A stretch of 64,000 nt of DNA from Octopus sinensis (lineage: Eukaryota): assembly GCF_006345805.1 (NCBI RefSeq), contig NC_042998.1:130820001-130884000 (forward strand), written 5' to 3'. The notes below the pieces were generated by a model. The model had not been told where the DNA came from. It ran no database searches and was given only the letters and a program-made list of their open reading frames with translations. Made by a program: the position numbers and the translations under genes. Of this stretch, positions 1 through 12,546 are shown in pieces. The first letter of the stretch is position 1; each line of letters begins with the position of its first letter.

Positions 1-420
1 CATTATATTTGCTCGAAGGAATTGTACCAAATGTTGGCATTGAAAGCTACACCAATGCTAAAACGGGACGACACTGCATAATGCCAAAGTTCCCAGCAAT
101 GCCATCACGCTTCAGGACCAGTTACTCCAACAACCTGGGTTTCAAGTGCTCAAAGCTTTTTAATATTCTCCCAAAGAGTCTGAGGAACTTGCACAAATTA
201 GATGTAGGGGTTTTGAAATCAAAGCTGGACCGCTTCCTGTCGAGAGTCCCAGATGAACCTACCTCACGGCAAGAGGTGGAAATGAGAGTAGCTATATCAA
301 ACTCCATGCTTCACCAAGTGCCACATATTAGAGGAGGGTCTTAGTAATAACAGTGTAGCAAAACGGCTGTGCATCAGCATGGCCACAGCTCTGAGCTGAA
401 ACTAGAGGAAAAATAAATAA
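1..420 (+). mobile_element. 3' end of a CR1-group LINE (ORF2 C-terminus plus 3' UTR), cut by the window edge
   Basis: ORF 9-344 (KLFNILPKSLRNLH...KSKLDRFLSRVPDEP) matches the C-terminus of the LINE at 48005-52510. It ends in cagcatggccacagctctgagctgaaactag followed by an A-rich tail. Confidence 0.85.
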
Positions 421-469
421 CTAAGATTACCCGAAACAATATTTGTTGTGCCTACTTATGATATGTATG

Positions 470-541
470 TGTGTGCATATATGTACATATATATATATAA
501 TATATATTATATATTATATATATATATATATATATACATAC

Positions 542-572
<31 letters not shown>

Positions 573-576
573 ATTA

Positions 577-646
<70 letters not shown>

Positions 647-683
647 CTATATATATATATATATTATATATATATAATATATA

Positions 684-715
<32 letters not shown>

Positions 716-1093
716 GTATACACATTTATATATATTCTCTCAAAAAAGAGTATCGGATAAAGTGAAACTATTTCAATCGTTATGTGGAGCTATATGGAGT
801 ACTTCCCTCTTTAGAGTACTCCACACTTTTCCTGCAGCAGGCCACTATTACACAATAATCGCACTTAAAAAAACTACAGGCGAAATGTGATTCACAACAA
901 CAGCCACAACATTGACAGCAACAATGACAATGATAACAGTTATAACAACATCAATCGAAACTGCTGCATTAGATCCATCAACCCCTATAAAATTATATCT
1001 GAAAAAAATCACTGGATAAAGCAAACAAATTATATAATCAAAAACGGCAATAAATAGAACATTAGCAAAAATGAAATATAATATCTATCTATA

Positions 1094-1125
<32 letters not shown>

Positions 1126-1174
1126 ATCTATCTATCTATCTATATATCTATCTATCTATCTATCTATCTATATA

Positions 1175-1227
<53 letters not shown>

Positions 1228-1369
1228 ATATATATCTATCTATCTATCAATCTATATATCTATCTATATTATATATACTATCTATCTATCTATCTATCTA
1301 TCTATATATATATATATATCTATCTATATATATATATATATATCTATCTATCTATCTATCTATCTATCA

Positions 1370-1404
<35 letters not shown>

Positions 1405-1512
1405 AATCTATCTATCTATTTATCAATATATCTATCTATCTATCTATCTATGTATCTATCTATATATATATCTATCTATCTATCTATATATATATATATA
1501 TCTATCTATATA

Positions 1513-1559
<47 letters not shown>

Positions 1560-1619
1560 ATATATATATCTATCTATCTATCTATCTATCTATCAATCTA
1601 TCTATCTATCTATCTATCA

Positions 1620-1662
<43 letters not shown>

Positions 1663-1665
1663 CAT
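470..1665. repeat. (TA)n tract (about 470-720) and (TATC)n/(TA)n tract (about 1080-1665); representative of many such tracts across the window
   Basis: Directly visible. These tracts produce the YIYI/YLSI pseudo-ORFs. Confidence 0.97.
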
Positions 1666-3127
1666 CTATTTACGTACACAAACACACAAACACATATATG
1701 TATGTATGCATGTATGTATACATATCTCAATGAATGTGTGTGTTAAAAAAAAACAGATACGAAAACAAATATGATGAAAATAATAAAAGCAAAGGCAAGA
1801 AATATCAATAATGGCAATAACAACCATCAAGAAGGACATCATGATCAGCAACAATAACTATATCAAACCACACCAACAAAAACAAATAAAATGTTGAACA
1901 AAGGCATCAGGCGTACTGCAATTGATTATTTTCTCTCTCTTCACAATAGTATTACACACACTCCTAGGCATCCTTATGTGTGTGGGTGGGTTTTGCGCGT
2001 GTATCTGTACATGTGTCCGTGTATCTATAATACTTGTGTGTCCCTATGTGTGTGAATTATTGGATAATGCATATGTATATATTTATATATATATATATGT
2101 GGGTGTGTGGGTGTATGTATTTACGTATGCATATATACATACATATGTATGCATATGTATATACACGCATTCAGATTCATATTATTTTGGGTAAGAGGCG
2201 AGATAATTATTTGCATAATATTTATGATTCTCTTCTCCCACTTTTCTTTTGTTTGTTATTTTTTTTTTATTTTTCTCTTTTTTTTCTTTTCGTCTCTTGC
2301 TTTGATGTCATCCAGTTGGTCGATGACGAAAGCAAAAGCGAAAACGGAACGATTAAGGTATTACATGAATGGAAATGTGGTAAAGGACGTGTGCAAATCC
2401 ACCCAAATATGTGAAGACACTTACCCACCCTATTTTAGAACATTAGCTGACATTGTAGAAAATGAGGAAATGTAATTATCAGTGCATGCAACATTAATGT
2501 TCCAGGACAGAAAGTTAGAATGAATAATACATGTGCTGATAAACACCTTAGCGTAGAAATTCGCTTGTTACAACAGATAAGGAAATGAAGAAAGAAAATT
2601 AATAATGTCCTGTGTTATAGAAACAACGTTCGATGCGGGACAAACATGTCCGAGACATTTGACCCTATTAGCATCGATTTTTACATCTTCCTCTCTTCAC
2701 AACAAATGCTTATTAAAAGCTTTGGTAATTTACATATTTCTCTGCCGACATAGTAATAGCCATTACAACATGATATATATTCGATTCAAGACTATATACA
2801 TACATACATACATACACGTTCAAATATGTAAGTTTTACACACACACAAGCGCACACACTCTCTCTCCCTCTCTCACTGACTCTCTGTCTGTCTGTCTCTC
2901 TCTCTATTTCTCTGTGTATAGATGTGCATACATGTATATACATACGTATGTGTGTGTGGTATAGTTATATGTGTGTACGGGTATGTTTATATGTATGTAT
3001 GTAAGTATATATATATAATATATATATATTATATATATATATATATATATGTATGTGTACATATATATATATATGTATGCATATATATATACATATATAT
3101 ACATGCATATAAATATATATACATATA

Positions 3128-3163
<36 letters not shown>

Positions 3164-3189
3164 TGTATGTATATATATATGTATATATC

Positions 3190-3558
3190 TTTTAGCTGTT
3201 TCACTCATCGGACTGTGGCACCGCCTTCGAGAAGCTTATTCTATCAGTTTTTAGCTAAATTCAGGACTTTAAAACACCAATACTGGTTCTCAATCGAAAA
3301 CACGCAGGCACGAACACAGATGCACACGCACGCACACACACGCGGGCGCGCAGACGCACACACATACACCACACAGCGAATGTCTTTCGGTTTCTATTCA
3401 CCAAATAAACTGACGTCTTTTGTCGGTACGAGGCTATGGTTGAAGACACTTGCACAAGGTATCACACAGGGGGAAGAGTAAGTCCTAGGGTCGATTTGCT
3501 CGACTAAAAGCGCTGATCCAATATGGTCCAGTCAAATAAAAGAGTAAAAGAATAATAA

Positions 3559-3560
<2 letters not shown>
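3190..3560. mobile_element. Degenerate SINE family A fragments (minus-strand pieces followed by a plus-strand 3' tail)
   Basis: Pieces such as gaagacacttgcacaagg and taagtcctagggtcgatttgctcgactaaaag align by eye to the intact copy at 31845-32278. Confidence 0.6.
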
Positions 3561-3603
<43 letters not shown>

Positions 3604-3725
3604 CAGCAGCAGCAGTAGTAGCAGTAGTAGTAGTGGTGGTGGTGGTGGTGGTGGTGGTGGTGGTGGTGGTGGTAGTAGTAGTAGTAGTGGTAGGGGTAGT
3701 AGCAGCAGCAGTAGTAGTAGTAGAA
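3560..3725. repeat. (AGT)n/(GGT)n/(AGC)n compound trinucleotide microsatellite
   Basis: Directly visible. Confidence 0.95.
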
Positions 3726-5440
3726 GTTTTTTTATACAGTTAGTTTAGAACAATATTAAATTTCGTTTCACATCATTCTGAAACCTGAATTTACAGGATT
3801 CAGTTTTGAGATGATAAAGTAACACCATAATCTGCAAAATATAAAACCTGAATCTGTACTACCAGCTCGCAAAGATAGCATCATGCTCATAACTCGAAAC
3901 TACAACATCATACCAGCAAATCGAAACAAAAGACCTGATTTAACACCGCCCATTACATTTTTATATAAGAATTTGATTTCTCTTCAAAACGATTTTCTTG
4001 ACAAAAGAATGAATGTTAGTTCCTAAATTTGTACTTTAAAACTGGAGTCTAAGTACCCCATTAACAGTAAAATATTTATCTTTACAGTTATCTGGACACA
4101 TCGATCTTATCTTCTGTTTAGAGCCATTTCAGGTAAATGGCATCACTACATCTCCCTTGATCGGTACGAACATCGTATTTTCTCATTTAACTGCTTTTTG
4201 TTGTAGAGATGCAATCTCAAATAGTCAGTAATCTTCAGTAAATATTTTGTGACAGATATAAAAGTAAATACAGTATGAAGACGCTTGATGAAACAACAGG
4301 GAAGTTAAACATAACTGAATTACTTTGTCTTCATTTTGATATTAAGTCATAAATTCTGCAAGTCCAAGCTCGTTAAACTATTTGAAAACTTACCTGCGAG
4401 AGACTAGCTAACCATCCTTCGAAATATATTTTTCTACACTTCTTAACGGTAGAAAATTAGATCCATGGTTACATGAATGTTCCGAAAGAATTACTATATT
4501 TATGTACAAGTATAATCCGTCATCATGTCCTAAATTATCGAACCAGCAGAAATTTTATTTCCGTTCGTTTCATTATTGGACTTGTCTCTTGGAATTATCA
4601 CTTTCTGACCGTTCTAAAGAAATAGTTATATTAAGTAATTGGAACTACTGAATCTACGACAAATTATCATTATTTCATTTGGGAAGCCAACAGTAAGCAA
4701 GATAAATATTTCGTCTGACTTTTGTATGCTTTTGTGTATTTTGTACTAGTAGACAATTATTTTGATAAATGCTTGATAAGTTACTCCTTACAACAAAAAG
4801 TGAACCCAGCAGAAGAACATAATACAATATTATTCCTAAATCGAAGGGTCTAATTTAATATTTCCTACAACTATGTGTGAGACTTGGATCGATTATACAA
4901 CGAAATTACATCGTGGTTTCATTTAACCCTTATTTCTGATACGTATCCGCCACATATTTGTGTAAAGAAAATAACAGTGATTAAAAAGAGAGAACAAACA
5001 AAAAGAACAATAATAAGTCCATTGTGGATAATAAATCTATTGGATTATATATTCAAATGTTATGACAAAAAGAGCCGATTCTTCAGCGTATAACGCTCGC
5101 GCTAATGTGTTGTAAAGCTTTGTGCACATTGAACAACGAAAAGAAAAACAAATAAAGCAATACAAATAAAATTCAAGTGTAAGAAAAGAACAATAGCATC
5201 AACAAGGTAAGGACAACATTGGTCAATAATAAGTATTGTTATAGCGTGGCCGGATCAATTAGGTACTGCTAATTTATGTTAAAATTCTCTCTCTCTCTCT
5301 CTCTCGATATATATATATATATATATATATATCGAGAGAGAGAGAGATATATATATATATATAAAATATTATTCGAGACAAAACCACTATTTGCAAAACA
5401 AACAAGGAAAGTTCCCTGTAAATTTGGATTTATTCCCTAA

Positions 5441-5500
<60 letters not shown>

Positions 5501-5631
5501 ACACTAAATACATAAATGAATAAACAAATAATTAAATATATAAAGTTAATCCAAACAAGAAAGCACAACCACGCGAGGTTGTGGAGCAAATATAGTATAT
5601 AGGACACTCAGGAAAGAAGGAAAGAAGGAGG

Positions 5632-5666
5632 GTTTAACGTTTCAAGCGGAGCTCTTCGTCGGAAAC
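5632..5666 (-). ncRNA. Minimal hammerhead-like motif, variant core (copy 1)
   Basis: Minus strand reads GTTT-CCGACGAA-GAGC tcc GCTT-GAA-ACGT-T-AAAC: 4-bp helix I, 4-bp helix II, palindromic ACGT helix III. Confidence 0.5.
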
Positions 5667-5922
5667 ATAGGAGAATGAAAGATCCAGAGAAGGGAAGACA
5701 GAGGAATAAAAAATCGCCAACGGTACACACGCGGTCACATTTTGAAATGTTAATCCAAACAAGAAAGCACAAAAAAAAACACAACAATGCGAGGACGTGG
5801 AACAAATATAGTATTATTGGACGCTCAGGAAAGAAGGAAAGCACAACAAGAAAGCACAACCACGCGAGGTTGTTGAGCAAATATAGTATATAGGACGCTC
5901 AGGAAAGAAGGAAAGAAGGAGG

Positions 5923-5957
5923 GTTCAACGTTTCGAGCGGAGCTCTTCGTCGGAAAC
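5923..5957 (-). ncRNA. Minimal hammerhead-like motif, variant core (copy 2)
   Basis: Minus strand reads GTTT-CCGACGAA-GAGC tcc GCTC-GAA-ACGT-T-GAAC. Confidence 0.5.
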
Positions 5958-6041
5958 ATAGGAGAAGGAAAGATCCAGAGAAGGGAATACAGGAAAAAAA
6001 TCGCCAACGGTACACATGCGGTCACATTTTGAAATAATTAA

Positions 6042-6083
<42 letters not shown>

Positions 6084-6344
6084 TTGTTTGTTTGTGTGTG
6101 TGTATGTGTGTGTGTGTGTGTGTTTGTTTGTTTGTGTGTGTGTGTGTGTGTGTAATGTTTATTTCTAACATAGGAACAAAGCCATAAATTGTTCGGAAGT
6201 TGGGGTGTAAATTAAATACTTCATAGTACATGGCTAATATCTACTCATTGCCCGCAGATGGTAAAAAGGCATATCTGATCCCAGGGTGTTTTCACCTCAG
6301 AATGTACATGGACATAACGAAATACTGCATCGTATTGTGTCGTT

Positions 6345-6510
6345 CGTTTTCCCGTCATCTGCTAGAATTGTAACGTAGCAGAGGAAAACAGTTTAGGGCG
6401 GTCTGTAAAATATGCCGTGGAACCATTGTTGAAACATGTGAAGAAGACCGCCGTCATTAAAACTGATAATTTTGTTAAGAAAATCTCAAACAGGAAAAGA
6501 ACACCAAAAA
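6345..6510 (+). mobile_element. Short R4/Dong-like ORF fragment
   Basis: Translates AEENSLGRSVKYAVEPLLKHVKK, resembling the post-RT region of R4-clade elements. Confidence 0.4.
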
Positions 6511-6526
6511 AAGAGACACTTACCAT

Positions 6527-6985
6527 TGACGTGTAAGAGCTTTGTCGACATCGGCATTATTAGCTTTCTTTGCCATTGAGATATTTTCTTGCCATTTATC
6601 AGTAAGAATATCTAAGGTAGCACTTTTAGCACGAGTTTCATACGCTTAGCTTTTTCTTTGCATGTTTCCTATATGTCTAATTCTGGAGATTGGATTTGAA
6701 ATTCACTTAGTTCTTTGCCTGTTTTGTTACTATGTTGTTTTCTTGCTTTCGTGCTTTAAGACAAGTTTTAACATCCAGTCATCATAGTTTTTCTGGTAGG
6801 TGTTTAGGCCAATTGTGGTAACATTCATTGTTAATTCCAGTTGTAAAAGTCCACGTCCACCTTTTTTTCTTGGCAGGTAAAGTTGTTCTATATCTGCCTT
6901 AGTGTGGTGCATTCCATGTATTGTCAACACCTTTCGTATTTTCCTCTCAGGATTACATATTTCAGTAATTAACCAGTTAAAGATA
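6527..6985 (-). mobile_element. R4/Dong-clade non-LTR retrotransposon fragment (post-RT region)
   Basis: HHTKADIEQLYLPRKKGGRGLLQLE motif. Homologous to 23850-24335. Abuts a (TTA)n tract. Confidence 0.8.
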
Positions 6986-7029
6986 TTACTATTATTATTA
7001 TTATTATTGTTATTATTATTATTATTATT

Positions 7030-7352
7030 GCATTTGCACAGCTTCTAACGCTGGAGATGTACTACGGTGTCAGTGAACTAAGGTAACGACTCTTATTTTT
7101 CGAGGACTTTCCGGGGTATTCGAGCAGTTCCAAGCAGTGCTGTTTTCTGCAAGTGCTCCACCCTTATTGCAGTCCCTATTTGTTCCATGTACTTCTCAAG
7201 ATTTTTGATCACTGTTCCCAGGGCTCCGACAATTATTAGTACTACTACCACGTTTTCCATCGACCACAACTGCTTAATTTCCCAAGCTAACATGTCATAT
7301 CTATCGACTTTTCTTTCTTCCTTATCGCATACCTTGTTGTCAGCTGGGTATG
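7030..7352 (-). mobile_element. R4/Dong-clade 3' end (restriction-like endonuclease C-terminus) with (TAA)n tail
   Basis: PADNKVCDKEERKVDRYDMLAWEIKQLW...IIVGALG...LQKTALLGTARIPRKVL, then a short 3' UTR running into (TAA)n at 6985-7030. Confidence 0.85.
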
Positions 7353-7717
7353 CCTCTTATCAATGTGGAGTAGCCCAACCCAGTAGGCATCGCAACAGGC
7401 CGACTGTTCGAAGGAATTTCTAATTCTCTCGTTTAGAGAGAATTAGAAATAATGATATCTCTATGTTTGAAAACCAGTGGATATATTCCACTGAATTTAG
7501 GTAAATAATCATTCGAACAGTCGCTCAGCACATCGCTCCCCTGTTCGAAGGTTATAATGGACACAGGTGTGTGTGTCACATAGTTAGCCAGAGGCGGTGG
7601 CCTCTTGGAGCATAATCAACGGCAGCATTCGTCCTATTTTTCTGGACTGCCATGTTAGCCTGGCGATAACTATTAATACACACACATATATATATATTAA
7701 TATATGTACATATATAC

Positions 7718-7803
<86 letters not shown>

Positions 7804-7995
7804 AAATTAGAAAAAAAACACTTTTTATCAATTCAAAATGAACAATTAATTACACCATCTAGAAAATTACATATAATAGAAATGTTAAAATTAAAATAAC
7901 AAAATGTAAAGAATAAGAGAATTGCGAAAATAATAATAAAAACGTATATAATAGGTACAAAAACGCAAGTTTGGATTTTATTCCCTCAAATAATA

Positions 7996-8035
<40 letters not shown>

Positions 8036-8038
<3 letters not shown>

Positions 8039-8875
8039 AATGTTGGTTTGTGAAAGCACGTGGTTGAATATATAGAAAATAGTAAAAAGTGAAAAAACTA
8101 CAGGAGGCTTAAAGGTTAAAAAATATATATATTTGCGTCAATATGTCTGAAGAATATTAAAAAAATTTTTCCCTTACAATGACATAGTTTAGAAGAAAGA
8201 CCGGTTTCAGAGGCACAAGTAAAGTTAGATTTGATCTTGAATTTCTGTCCCTCTCTAAAGAGGAATTCTGATCCTTCTAGCCTCTGAAAACATAATTTAT
8301 GTCATAAAATGCTCGGGCTGCCACCAAGACTACGTGGTATCCACGGGACTATAACTCAGACGTAGATGCTCACTGCTTCGACAACAGATTGCATTCCCAG
8401 AATACAGAATGATACCTTTTAGTGAGCACATTGAGAAATGCGCAAAGCAACTACTACCACAATTTTTAATCTTTCCATTTTACCAATGTGCTATCGGATC
8501 ATCAACACAAATTAGACTAAACAAGGAAACATTCTTCATTGAAAAGTACAAGCCCAGACTTAACCATGCCATCATACTGATACAGAAAAATTCACACCAA
8601 GGAAAAGGAAAATAATTTTAAGCGATTATCTCCCTTACACCGGAAGAAATCACTCATTACCTCCCCTTATTTAGAACTCTTTTAAACATAAACATAACGA
8701 TAACTCAACATAAACATAACGTCGTAAGAAATTTGAAAAGCTAAACGCGAAACCGGTCTTTCTTCTAAACTATGTCATTGTAAGGCAAAAAAATTTTTAA
8801 TATTCTTCAGACATATTGACGCAAATATATATATTTTTTAACCTTTAAGCCTTCTGTAGTTTTTTCACTTTTTAC

Positions 8876-8881
<6 letters not shown>
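8036..8881. mobile_element. Truncated Penelope-like element with inverted pseudo-LTRs and a GIY-YIG C-terminal remnant
   Basis: 133-bp inverted repeats at 8076-8208 and 8749-8881. ORF 8409-8615 contains IRLNKETFFIEKYKPRLN. A GAAACCGGTC hammerhead remnant is present. (TA)n on both sides. Confidence 0.75.
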
Positions 8882-8974
<93 letters not shown>

Positions 8975-8976
8975 TG

Positions 8977-9010
<34 letters not shown>

Positions 9011-9468
9011 TGTATGTATGTATGTATGTATGTATGTATGTATGTATGTATGTATTGAAATATACAAAACTTTGTAGTTTAATGTAGGGATATATGAAAC
9101 TTCTGAACGAAAACGGACCATGTAAACTTGTTAAATTCATGTGTCGCTCAAGGGAATTCCATATATTGATGCATTTAGAACTTCTTTATAGATATAGACA
9201 AGCTAACAGATGTGCGGGCAATTACACACACACACACACACACATACATACATACATACTCCTAAATACAGAATCATACGCACGCACATACACAAACGCA
9301 CACAAATGTATGTATAAGTCTATTTGATTAATGCATGCACCATTCTGCGATGACCCTATATTTGTGAGAGAAGAGAAATATATGTGCGTATGTGTATCCG
9401 TGTGTATACCTGTGTGTGTACCTGAGTATATACCTGTGTGGGTGGGTGTATACACACACACAGATATA

Positions 9469-9524
<56 letters not shown>

Positions 9525-9527
<3 letters not shown>

Positions 9528-9690
9528 GTATGATGGTCTTTTAGTTCCCGTCTACCAAATGCACCCACAAGGATTTTGTCATCCTGGATCTATAGAAGAA
9601 ACACCTACCCAAGTTGCCACACAGTGGGACTGAACCCGCTACCATATAATTTGAAAGCAAACTTCTTACCGCACAACCACACCTATATGT
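9525..9690 (-). mobile_element. SINE family A, 5' half
   Basis: Matches the tRNA-like head of 31845-32278 (cagtgggactgaacc is the B box on the minus strand). Confidence 0.7.
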
Positions 9691-9701
9691 GTGTGTGTAT
9701 G

Positions 9702-9732
<31 letters not shown>

Positions 9733-9738
<6 letters not shown>

Positions 9739-9850
9739 ATCACGTGACCGACCAGTCCATCAGATGTAATTACACATCGCTGGTCACAATGCGTTCGCAT
9801 TGTTTTAGCCTTTGAATGACGCCACCCCGCTGGCTAAGCGAGCAGGCCAA
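9733..9850. mobile_element. Short GC-richer interspersed repeat fragment embedded in (TA)n; possibly a retroelement end
   Basis: tcacgtgatcacgtgaccgaccag...gctggctaagcgagcaggccaa has a discrete composition and lies between TA tracts. Family not established from this window. Confidence 0.4.
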
Positions 9851-9858
9851 TATATATA

Positions 9859-9918
<60 letters not shown>

Positions 9919-10311
9919 TATATGTATGTATGTATATATATATATACATACATACATGTACATACTTACATACTTACATACATGCACACTTACATTTTGT
10001 GTGTGTGCTGATTCAAAGCGCAATCGTCAAAATAGTATATTGAAAGCGACATGCGTGAGTGAAACTCTTTCATCAAACGAGTTAGACTTGTCCCTTTTTC
10101 TATGTTAATTTATTCGTTATTTTCCTGATGATGAAAATGATATTCATGGTAGTGGTGGTGTCCTTAATGATGAGTAACCTGATGTCCATGATGATGTTGA
10201 TGATTAATTTTTCATACAGCATTTTATTATCCGTTTGGAGTTGAATAATATACGTTATTAGGTAAGAAGTAATAATTATCATTATTCCCATTACCACTAT
10301 TCGCTTTCTGT

Positions 10312-10377
<66 letters not shown>

Positions 10378-11319
10378 AGCTGCTGCTGCTGCTACTACTA
10401 CTACTAAATACCTTGTGAATTCCACTGTTAATCAATGAATCCGTGAAGCGATGGTAATCAGGCATGCATAAAAAAGTGCAAACGTTTAACTTTCGCACTC
10501 CCTCTGTTTCTTTTTCTCTTTTCTTCCCTCTCTCTCCCTTTCTTTACTTCCACTATCCCTCTATCTCTTTCTCTCTCTCTCTCTTTCTCTCTCTCTCTAC
10601 TTCTATATGTCTATCTGTCTATCTATCTATCGCCCTTTTTCTCCTTCCCCCTATGTATATCAAACAAGATTCATCCGTCCGCGTAATGTTCGCATATGGT
10701 TAAGCAATGAATGAAACAATAGCGGCGGCATAGGAAAGTATGTTTGTCGCTTTTGAATCAATGACTTATTTGTGTGAAGCCAGATTCATATGCTTTTCAT
10801 ATTCTCTGTAAATAATTCAAGGTTTTCAGTTGTTTAGTTATTAATGTCTATGTCTGTGTAATTTTCTCCTTTTTTTTCTTCTCTCTGTCTGTGAATCTCT
10901 CTCTTTACTCATTCATATCCTATTTTTCGTTCATTTTTGACTTTTTCCTCGGTCTCTCTCACCCACTCGTACATAAACACATATAATTTCTAATATTGGC
11001 ACAGGCCAACATTAAAGGGATTAGAGTTTAGTGAAAACAGCGGTGTATGTTTTGTACTAATTTTAGCTAGTCACAAATTTAGAGGTGTATGTTTGTGTAT
11101 ATATTTGTAAACACACACTCACATATGCACATACACACGCACACACAAAAGTATGTACATATTTTCATATATAAGATCTACATGGTGAGCGTTGCCCATT
11201 TTGGTAAAGTGACTTTACCTGTATACAATAGTACTTCTCAAAATAGTCTCCATTATAATCGATGCTTCTATGCCATCGCTAAATTCATCACATGAATTCG
11301 TTTTGAAAAATTTTCTCGT

Positions 11320-12300
11320 GTACTGTTGCTACTTACACTTTATTATTGAGAACAACTCTTCCACCTCGAATATCTTTTATTGGACTGAGTAGATGAATGT
11401 CGGATGTTACCAGATTCCAGCTCTACAGTGGATTGAGAACTACTAGCTAACCTAAATAGCTGATTACCTTATTTGTTGCCAAAAGTGTGTACGATCATGT
11501 ATTATCATGATGAATGTGAATCATTTTAAAACTCTTTTTCACTCTCTTCCTTCTAATAGAATCTGTAACATTTTTAGTGTCTCAATGTACCATACGCTGG
11601 TCGCGGTATCGCCTTGTTCTAGAAAACCAAAGCGAATAGCATCGCCAGTATATTAAACTCAGTCACAATGACTTCCTATGCCGGTTGCTGCCTCTTGAAC
11701 TTTTAGGCTTACCCACGTTTCATCACGTATTACCAGATCATGAAAAAAGTTGTCGTTGTTGGCTTCAATCTCTTTGTGTAGATCAGAACAAATGTCCATT
11801 CTTTCTTCCTTCAAATCAAGTGCCAACTGCTAAACAACCCATATTGCTCGCACTTTCTGATATCTAAAGTCGTGCATTCTATAATGCACTGTGATCACAG
11901 TACATACGTTTATGCAGCAGGTTTGGAATTCTGGCTCGTCTGTTTGACGAAATTTGTTCTTCTGTAGGATTCCTAGCATTAGTAGCAGTTCATAATCATC
12001 CACCGTGTTGTTTTACTTCAATGTTGACTTTGCCACGTTTAAAATTCTTCATCCACCTTTGTGCATTTCTTTTTCGATGGTGTCATCTCTGTTTAAACAA
12101 CCTCTAGCCTTCTGTGGATGTCGAACACCCTGCATCCCTTCCTTCATCAAGAACTCAATTAATGACCCGTTACTTCTAGTTGGAATCCATTTTTTGAATG
12201 CAACGAAGAAGAGCAAGAAGAGATACAACAGACAAGTAGTTAATGTATCAAAATGTGTCAGTTCGAACCACCTATGTCAGTTAATAAAAAGTTAGCCGAC
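11320..12300 (-). mobile_element. Decayed mariner-type transposon (transposase pseudogene)
   Basis: Minus-strand frames give RWMKNFKRGKVNIE, QKVRAIWV and NFFHDLVIRDETWV, matching the mariner HTH and first catalytic Asp region. Multiple stops and frameshifts; boundaries approximate. Confidence 0.65.
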
Positions 12301-12515
12301 TTCTGCATATCCATGTATATGCTTTTGTGTCTGTGTCTGTGTGACTATCTTTCTATTTATCTTCCAGTGTATTTATTTTACTATCTTTACATGTTTGAAT
12401 CTGCTATCATTAAAATAGGTTATCTCGGATCCATCTCTCTCTCTTTATATTTGTGTGCATGTGCGTGTATTGTGTATGTAATTATGTATAAATGGACAGA
12501 TATAGATACTTATAT

Positions 12516-12546
<31 letters not shown>

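Larger units (their letters stand above)
5545..6035 (-). mobile_element. Tandem Penelope-like pseudo-LTR units: about 200 bp, a partial of about 95 bp, then about 195 bp
   Basis: Direct repeats start gttaatccaaacaagaaagcac. Each full unit carries a hammerhead-like motif. The block is flanked by TA/TG microsatellites. Confidence 0.65.

Noticed and set aside
5292-5347. Perfect 56-bp palindrome (CT)n-CG-(AT)n-CG-(AG)n
   Set aside because: It is composed only of simple repeats and is explicable by local fold-back slippage.
6520-6535. Perfect-looking GTAAGT donor on the minus strand
   Set aside because: It falls at the broken end of an R4/Dong fragment (TRQW...) and is probably coincidental.
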